Positions 26,676 to 32,000 of a DNA stretch of 32,000 bases are shown piece by piece. Position 1 is the stretch's first letter. Each line of letters starts with the position of its first letter. The translations under genes and the position numbers were made by a program. The DNA comes from Candidatus Brocadia sp. GTDB lineage: Bacteria; Planctomycetota; Brocadiia; Brocadiales; Brocadiaceae. The DNA is taken from assembly GCA_021650915.1 (NCBI GenBank), contig CP091279.1:150001-182000 (forward strand). Reading direction: 5' to 3'. The notes below the pieces were generated by a model that was not told the DNA's origin, searched no databases, and was given only the letters and a program-made list of their open reading frames with translations.

Positions 26676-26914
26676 TTCACCGCAAAGGCCCAAAGAACGC
26701 AAAGTTTTAAAGACCTCTAATAATTCTCTTTACTCCATTTTGGAAGTGGGACATTGAAATTACACAACATTCTCAATTTGTAAACTGATTCCAACAATCC
26801 AGACCCAAGGATTATATAGGACCTGATTGCTACGCCATTAATTGTTTTTGAAAATGCATCACCTTTTTTATCATTTCATAGTATCCTTTGCGCCCTTTGC
26901 GCCTTTGCGGTAAA
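26676..26914. repeat. Second pair of about 28-bp inverted repeats (ttcaccgcaaaggcccaaagaacgcaaag / cctttgcgccctttgcgcctttgcggtaaa) enclosing about 180 bp
   Basis: The arms at 26676-26704 and 26885-26914 are reverse complements and belong to the same family as the 2575-2810 pair. The interior is unrelated to that of the first pair. Confidence 0.7.
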
Positions 26915-26979
26915 GGGGAACCGTTATTGATTAAAGTCGCACAATATGTTTCTTGTTCATACCTTTCAGGGCGTTGCGG

Positions 26980-27075
26980 GTATCGACGTTCATTTTCTCA
27001 TTATTTCACCCCTTAAGGGGTTTTATCTTGTGGTGTGCTTTTTTCTATAATCATGTCATCCCTTCGGGATTTTCC
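26980..27075 (+). repeat. About 95-bp repeat (two hairpins, 'cacccttaagggg' and 'catcccttcgggat'), copy 1
   Basis: It aligns with the reverse complement of 29885-29974. The core gcttttttctataatcatgtcatcccttcgggatttt is nearly identical. Confidence 0.75.
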
Positions 27076-27202
27076 GATACGCTCATTTCTCCTATTTGTT
27101 CTTAACTATTCTGAAAAAATATTTTCTGTCAGTCTTCACTGAATAGTTACCGGCTAACAGGCATACAAGCTGGCAAACTAACAAGCGCGCAGGCCTGGCG
27201 AT

Positions 27203-27631
27203 TCAAATATCCCCGATCCATTTTATCCACTTCAGGTCTTTTCCTGCCACATTGAACAGGCCCCTGTCTGCCGTGATCAGAAGAATTCCCTCATCGTCAG
27301 CAGTTGCTATATAGCTTGCATCATAGGCAGTACAATGGTACGTCTTACCGTAATAAAATAGTTTTGGGTAAAGGTGTGCAAGATTCTTCTGCTTAATGCC
27401 TAAGTTTATAAATCCCTCAATCGCAGAATAAATCTTCTCCTCGTCGATCCTTCCCTTTTTCTGCGCCACCATTAAACCGTTAATTACCTCATATTCCAGC
27501 AGCGAAGGCGCTATCATATCAAATTCGCCCGATATGTAACCGGTTAATAAATGCACCGCCTTTTGGCCATGATCTTCATCGTCTAAATACCACTTGAGGA
27601 CTACGCTTGCATCGACAACTATTCGTTTCAT
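27203..27631 (-). CDS. vapC: PIN-domain VapC-type toxin
   Basis: VVDASVVLKW, LLEYEVINGL, TAYDASYIATA and LITADRGL show all four acidic positions. It has an ATGA overlap with the upstream antitoxin. Confidence 0.85.
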   Translation of the reverse strand: MKRIVVDASVVLKWYLDDEDHGQKAVHLLTGYISGEFDMIAPSLLEYEVINGLMVAQKKGRIDEEKIYSAIEGFINLGIKQKNLAHLYPKLFYYGKTYHCTAYDASYIATADDEGILLITADRGLFNVAGKDLKWIKWIGDI

Positions 27632-27894
27632 AGTTTCTTCTCAAGCTGTTTCCGGGATTCTTTAAAAATCTCTTCTGATTTCAGCCCTGCTTTGAGAAAG
27701 CTATCCCTCGCCTTTATGATCTTTCGGTATCCCTCCATCCGTTTTGACTGCTGGTATTCCTCATAAGGGACGATGACCGCTATGGGTTTCCCGCGTTTCG
27801 TTACAATTATCTCCTCTTTCTTTTTCCCGGCGCTTTCTATCAGGCGACTGAAGCCCTTTTTCCCTTCTGCCACACTTACCATTAATGCCTTCAT
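27628..27894 (-). CDS. Phd/YefM-family antitoxin
   Basis: 'VSVAEGKKGFSRLIESA...EIIVTKRGKPIAVIVPYEEY' is the Phd/YefM N-terminal signature. Confidence 0.8.
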   Translation of the reverse strand: MKALMVSVAEGKKGFSRLIESAGKKKEEIIVTKRGKPIAVIVPYEEYQQSKRMEGYRKIIKARDSFLKAGLKSEEIFKESRKQLEKKL

Positions 27895-27998
27895 ATATCC
27901 TCCTTATTGGTTATTAGTGATAACTTATTATATGGTCATATACAATGGGCTGTCAAGGGGGGCTTTTCTATAATTCGTCAAATAGTAGATTTCAAAAA

Positions 27999-29576
27999 TT
28001 ATATCCTTTTATAAATCACCTTTGGGATCGGAAAGGTGCGATTGTCTAAAACGGCGCCTAACAGATTGACCTTTTTGTCATTCAGGGATTCTATGAGCTC
28101 CTTTAAGACGTGGTGTTTGGTTTGCCCCTCACTCACTACCAGAATGACTCCATCTAAATACGAGGACAGGATGCAAGTGTCCCTCAGGTTCACGACATTC
28201 GAATAGTCAATTAAAACTAACCCGTATTTTTCTTTGGCAATCTTGATTACTTCACCCATCCTGGTGGATTCCAGAAGGAGCGCAGGTTCGAGCTGGGTAT
28301 CTCCTGCCGGCAACACCGTTAAATTCGGCCTTATCTCCTGAGTTGCCTTCTCAAACGGGACTTTACGTTCCAGCACATCCGCAAGCCCCGGTCCTTCTGA
28401 AATGTCAAAGACGCGGTTGAGCGCCGGGGCGTTTACATTGGCGTCTATGATAATTACCTTCTGACCCGTTTTGGTGGACAGAAGATTGCCAAGATTGGCG
28501 CTGACCCTGGCAGACCTTTCCCGTGGCGTAGCGGCTGCTATTAACAGGGATTTGATGTTTTTGTCCCGTATTAAAAGGCACAGATTGTCTGAAAGTTTTT
28601 GGTAAAACTGGGCAGAAACAGTTCCCCGCTTTACCCCGTTCATGCACCCATTTTTCCGGTATCCGTTCCTGGGAATGGAGCCTAAATGCGGCAAGTTGAG
28701 ATTTGTAACTATGTCCTGCGGGGACTTTATGGTATGGTCGATATATTCAAGAGCAAATGCGAGCATGATCCCCGCAAACAGCGCCATGAAAACGGCAAGA
28801 AGCAGGGCAGTTCTTTTGTTTGTTCCCGTCGGCGCAAGGGGCACTTCCGCCTGCTCAATGATCTTGACGGTTGCCGGACCAATCGCTTCAATGGCGGGGA
28901 GTATTTTTCCATGGAGATTTTGAATCATCGCGCTGATGTTATCTTTTAGTTGCACTACGTTCGGATGCATTTCTCCGTATTGCAACCTGAGTTCGGCCAG
29001 TTGTTGCTCGAGGTCAAAAATAATATAGGAACGGCTTACCACGTTGGCAATTTCGGCGGCCGCTTCCGGACTAAAATCGCTCACGGTTATTGCAAATAAA
29101 TTGGTATCTCGTATTGGCTCTACTCCGATATTCTCTTTCAGGCCTTCTACGGCCATTCTAAACCGATACGACGGTTCATCGAAAGATGGATTGTCGTTTG
29201 ATTTCGACCGTTTGAGCCTTAGATCGATGAGACGCGCCTTGAGCGGAGAGCAAAATTGTTTTTCATAATCAGCCGGGCGCTCGTGAAGCTTGAGCACATT
29301 TACCGCACGCTTGATTACGGGATTCGAATTCACAATGCCGCTGGGGGTAAGCTGCTGGATTTGAGCTCCGCTCAAACTGGTATAATACGGAGAATCGATC
29401 TGTTTTTCCGCGGAGATGAGCATCGTGACCCGGGCATGATATACCGGTGTTTTAAGTTCCAACCCAATAATTGTGCCGGTTATTATGACGATGAAGGTAA
29501 TGACAACGACGGCCTTGTGCCTGAATATCGCCTTCACATAATCTTTTAAACTGATAACTGGATAATTAGCATTCAT
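27999..29576 (-). CDS. Polysaccharide chain-length determinant (Wzz/GumC-type) fused to a BY-kinase-like P-loop domain with a degenerate Walker A
   Basis: The N-terminus has the Wzz pattern (LKDYVKAIFRHKAVVVITFIVIITG..., coiled region, second TM FMALFAGIMLAFAL). The C-terminal domain aligns to CpsD/Wzc-type ATPases: 'LLIAAATPRERSARVSANLG' sits where 'SxxPGEGKS/T' is expected, 'VIIIDANVNAP' sits at Walker A', and 'LVLIDYSN' sits at Walker B. Confidence 0.8.
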   Translation of the reverse strand: MNANYPVISLKDYVKAIFRHKAVVVITFIVIITGTIIGLELKTPVYHARVTMLISAEKQIDSPYYTSLSGAQIQQLTPSGIVNSNPVIKRAVNVLKLHERPADYEKQFCSPLKARLIDLRLKRSKSNDNPSFDEPSYRFRMAVEGLKENIGVEPIRDTNLFAITVSDFSPEAAAEIANVVSRSYIIFDLEQQLAELRLQYGEMHPNVVQLKDNISAMIQNLHGKILPAIEAIGPATVKIIEQAEVPLAPTGTNKRTALLLAVFMALFAGIMLAFALEYIDHTIKSPQDIVTNLNLPHLGSIPRNGYRKNGCMNGVKRGTVSAQFYQKLSDNLCLLIRDKNIKSLLIAAATPRERSARVSANLGNLLSTKTGQKVIIIDANVNAPALNRVFDISEGPGLADVLERKVPFEKATQEIRPNLTVLPAGDTQLEPALLLESTRMGEVIKIAKEKYGLVLIDYSNVVNLRDTCILSSYLDGVILVVSEGQTKHHVLKELIESLNDKKVNLLGAVLDNRTFPIPKVIYKRI

Positions 29577-29600
29577 TTTTCAATTCAAACAGATAATACT

Positions 29601-29873
29601 ATACTCCACAGGCTCACAATTTGTGATTTATAAACTTGATATAGACTTACCATAATCTAACGGGGTGGCACGGACAAGCTGTGCTTGTCCATGTCTTTGT
29701 AATACTGCTCAATACCTTGTACTTGCAATGATCAGACTTGGTTTGTCTATCCAGATTTTAAAATGGATATTTCACAAACAACGTCGTGCAAGTTCAACAC
29801 GGACAAACAGAGTTCGTCCGTGCCACCCTGTTTATCAATCTAAATATTCACTGATTGTGAACCTTTTGAGTAT
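29601..29873. mobile_element. MITE-like 273-bp imperfect palindromic element
   Basis: The termini ATACTCCACAGGCTCACAAT (29601-29620) and the reverse complement of 29854-29873 (ATACTCAAAAGGTTCACAAT) match at 17 of 20 positions. The inner arms gggtggcacggac (29663-) and gtccgtgccaccc (-29828) also match, and the centre is tatccagattttaaaatggata. There is no credible ORF. Confidence 0.5.
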
Positions 29874-29884
29874 ATTTAGTTTTT

Positions 29885-29974
29885 GAAAAATCCCGAAGGG
29901 ATGTCATGATTATAGAAAAAACGCACCACCATCTTCAACCTCGTAGAGGTGAAATATCGGGAAAATAGCGATAC
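29885..29974 (-). repeat. About 95-bp repeat, copy 2 (inverted relative to 26980-27075); a partial third copy lies at 30236-30262
   Basis: The reverse complement reads gtatcgctattttcccgatatttcacctctacgagg...gcgttttttctataatcatgacatcccttcgggattttt. Confidence 0.75.
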
Positions 29975-30156
29975 TATGCCACTCCCACGGGATTAACCAT
30001 AATTGCATAACACTATAGTACTACTGTATAAAAACTCCTTTTTTTGTAAGTTTTTTCACAAACCCCTTTTCAGGAGGTACCGTTTTTATGAATGAAAGAT
30101 TGCTTCGCTTCACTCGCAATGACAACGTGCAGTGTGCCATCAAAGTGCATGGTCGC

Positions 30157-30235
30157 TGTCATTGCGGGGGGCCTTTTCCGAAGCAATCTCCCCGTTTTCA
30201 TAAAGGAACTTTGGTTGCGGCTGTGCCGCGCTATG
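30157..30235 (+). repeat. 78-bp repeat, copy b (see 799-876)
   Basis: It is in direct orientation with about 95% identity by eye to copy a. Similarity stops exactly at ..ccgcgctatg in both copies. Confidence 0.8.
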
Positions 30236-30581
30236 CTATAATCACGACATCCCTTCGGGATTACAGAATCACTATTTTGTTCGCTCGTAGTGATGATGAG
30301 CGAAGGTACGCTGAATAGACACGAGAATTTTTCAAAAAACTAAATGATTACAACACTACGAAATTTTTAAGCTGCGGTTGTAGAGCGACGAGGCTCGTCG
30401 CCCTACAGATAAAAAGCCACCGAGAGTTTGATTGATGTATAGGAATTTCAATCTTCGTGGACGCACCTTTTCCCAATACGCCAGAACACAGGCGTACAAC
30501 CTGTGACCATCGGCGCTGCCAAAGACCGTCTGATTAAATTCCGATTTTACGTTTCCTGGAGCACAGGATAACTATCTGCCT

Positions 30582-30863
30582 TTATACCTCCTCTGCCGTA
30601 TTTTTGGACTGGCTATGTAATTTTTTTGCATTCTTTCTTGCCCTCAGGTACCGTATTCCTATATACGTAGCGCCGCTTACAGAAAAGATGAGATAACTCA
30701 TCGGTTCCGGCACAACGGGAGGTTTGCCTCCGGAGCCACCGCCATGACCGCCTCCGCCGCCACTATGCCTTTGCTGGGCATACGCTCCGCCATCAAGCAT
30801 GGTAAACAGAAATACTATCAAAAATCCCAGAGCTAACCTTTTCTTCATCTTTTTCTTCCTCAT
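30582..30863 (-). CDS. Mini PEP-CTERM-domain protein (signal peptide + Gly-rich spacer + PEP-CTERM sorting signal)
   Basis: The layout is MRKKKMKKRLALGFLIVFLFTML..AYA (signal), RHSGGGGGHGGGSGGKPPV, VPEP (30702-30713), a hydrophobic helix MSYLIFSVSGATYIGI, then the basic RYLRARKNAKK. The start may instead be M6 (30848), which has GAGGAAG upstream. Confidence 0.75.
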   Translation of the reverse strand: MRKKKMKKRLALGFLIVFLFTMLDGGAYAQQRHSGGGGGHGGGSGGKPPVVPEPMSYLIFSVSGATYIGIRYLRARKNAKKLHSQSKNTAEEV

Positions 30864-30933
30864 TCAGGATGTTTATTGAAATACCAGGTTTATTGTCATC
30901 CGTTATAATAATTCCTATGGCCTTTAAGATCCT

Positions 30934-31608
30934 CTATTCAGGGAGGGGAAGAGGCACAACCTGGAATGTGCACCGGCTATTGCCGCGGCCGCCTCCGCTC
31001 GGTATGGACACCCTGGTACTTAACCGATAATACCCGTCAGTTAAAGGTGTATCGGCGCCCGAAGGATGCCACCATGCAAAATACCATTCATCCGGGTCTA
31101 ATGTCAGCAGATCGAAATTCCAGTTGGATCTGCTATGAAAACCCCAGTTATAACCAGCCTGATTGGCATCGTCTTTGTATAAACTCCATCGTATGCTTAC
31201 CCTTGTGGCCGCAGATACCTTAAAGGCTACATATAAGTATGCCTGGTCTGAATATACCCATGGCCAGTAAGCGTTTTGGAGTGGATCAGTGTTTGCCTGG
31301 AAACTTGTGTAGGCAGCGTATACATCAACCGGGTTGCCCGATCCCATGACGCTTGGCTCCATGACACTTTGCTCCGACTCCGCAGCGCTTTGTCTGGAGT
31401 TCATCAATCTCTTTAACTCCCGCCCCGCCTCGCCGCTGAACCTGACGCGGGCAAGCCCAAAATTCCCTTCGTCGTGAATCACCCTTATTGACATGCTCTT
31501 CTGAATCTCCCCCATTTCACCGGCGAAAGAGATTTGCCCCTGGACAAGGACGACTACGAGGGCTAGCGCGAGCCCACAGAACCCTTTCTTGAACGCGAAT
31601 TTAGTCAT
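30934..31608 (-). CDS. Secreted protein of unknown function
   Basis: The start is taken at the ATG 31606-31608, 6 nt downstream of AAAGGAGG. The signal-like N-terminus is MTKFAFKKGFCGLALALVVVLVQGQISFA. The body is Trp/Tyr-rich and I recognise no domain. Confidence 0.6.
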   Translation of the reverse strand: MTKFAFKKGFCGLALALVVVLVQGQISFAGEMGEIQKSMSIRVIHDEGNFGLARVRFSGEAGRELKRLMNSRQSAAESEQSVMEPSVMGSGNPVDVYAAYTSFQANTDPLQNAYWPWVYSDQAYLYVAFKVSAATRVSIRWSLYKDDANQAGYNWGFHSRSNWNFDLLTLDPDEWYFAWWHPSGADTPLTDGYYRLSTRVSIPSGGGRGNSRCTFQVVPLPLPE

Positions 31609-31825
31609 ACAGTTCCTCCTTTCATTGAATGCCAAAAATGCCTATGCAAAACGACAAAACTCCTTGGTGATTATGTTAAACCGACAACCCTCCTTTCTCA
31701 TACCATTGATAACGTTATGCAGGGCGCGTCAGGCTTGCCCTGACTCTATCGAAGGCTGAAGCAGCCCACCTTCACCTCGTTCGCTAAGCACGCCTGTTTG
31801 CCCAATCTTCGCTATCTTTTTTCGA

Positions 31826-32000
31826 TCAGGAACCCTTTTCCATCTGAATATGCCAGTACATAAGACCCCGGAAAAGCGCGGGGAATATTTTGAATAATAT
31901 TTTGAGATCAAGAACCAATGACCAATTATCAATGTAATCAAGGTCCATTTGCATCCATTTCTGGAAATCGGGCTGAAATCTGTTGCTTACCTGCCATGTG
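31826..32000 (-). CDS. C-terminal end of a bacterial sugar transferase (polyprenyl-phosphate glycosyl-1-phosphate transferase); 5' part outside the window
   Basis: The minus strand read from 31999 gives TWQVSNRFQPDFQKWMQMDLDYIDNWSLVLDLKILFKIFPALFRGLMYWHIQMEKGS* (TGA at 31826-31828). '..W..DL.YI.NWSL.LDLKIL.K..' is the conserved C-terminus of the Bac_transf family. This ORF is absent from the ORF track because it is partial. Confidence 0.75.
   Translation of the reverse strand, partial: TWQVSNRFQPDFQKWMQMDLDYIDNWSLVLDLKILFKIFPALFRGLMYWHIQMEKGS

Noticed and set aside
29665-29886. 73-aa plus-strand ORF (MARTSCACPCLC...)
   Set aside because: It lies wholly inside the palindromic MITE-like element, and its low-complexity Cys/Arg-rich translation is typical of reading through hairpins.
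30088-30318. 76-aa plus-strand ORF (MNERLLRFTRNDN...)
   Set aside because: It is built entirely from concatenated hairpin repeats: attgcttcgcttcactcgcaatgac, the 78-bp repeat, and the catcccttcgggat repeat. It is the only plus-strand ORF in a 29-kb minus-strand run, so it looks like an artefact of repeat composition.
31735-31760. Hairpin cagggc-N11-gccctg downstream of the sugar transferase stop as a terminator
   Set aside because: It has only a 6-bp stem with an 11-nt loop and no U-tract on the transcribed (minus) strand. The next gene follows in the same orientation with a strong SD.
31729-31941. 70-aa minus-strand ORF from the track (MITLIIGHWFLISKYY...)
   Set aside because: It overlaps, in a different frame, the clearly conserved C-terminus of a sugar transferase (31826-32000). 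It has no recognisable features and is probably spurious.

Overview
The window holds IS debris at 1-2400, followed by a roughly 29-kb accessory locus (2991-32000) in which every credible gene lies on the minus strand with very short or overlapping intergenic junctions. It is an exopolysaccharide / PEP-CTERM-exosortase locus. Reading in transcription order from high to low coordinates, it contains: the 3' end of a priming sugar transferase; a secreted protein; a mini PEP-CTERM protein; a Wzz-type chain-length determinant fused to a degenerate BY-kinase-like ATPase; an exosortase-EpsI fusion; a secreted beta-helix protein; a cupin plus DegT-type aminotransferase pair; several SAM methyltransferases; a Wzx flippase; a Wzy-like polymerase; GT2, GT4 and GT26 glycosyltransferases. 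Six small two-gene toxin-antitoxin-type cassettes (HicAB-like, DUF433/DUF5615-like, three PIN/VapBC-type, one uncharacterised), a GxxExxY (PD-(D/E)XK) cassette and an IS transposase sit between the biosynthetic genes. The locus is visibly decaying. It has two in-frame stop codons (a methyltransferase and a GT2), two frameshifted toxin genes, a deleted paralogous GT4 remnant, and a truncated, frameshifted IS1634-like transposase. The intergenic DNA is full of short GC-rich hairpin repeat families. Two copies of one such repeat lie inside the exosortase ORF and are translated in two different frames. I found no rRNA, tRNA or CRISPR array. All calls rest on reading the translations and on by-eye repeat alignment; no database search was possible.
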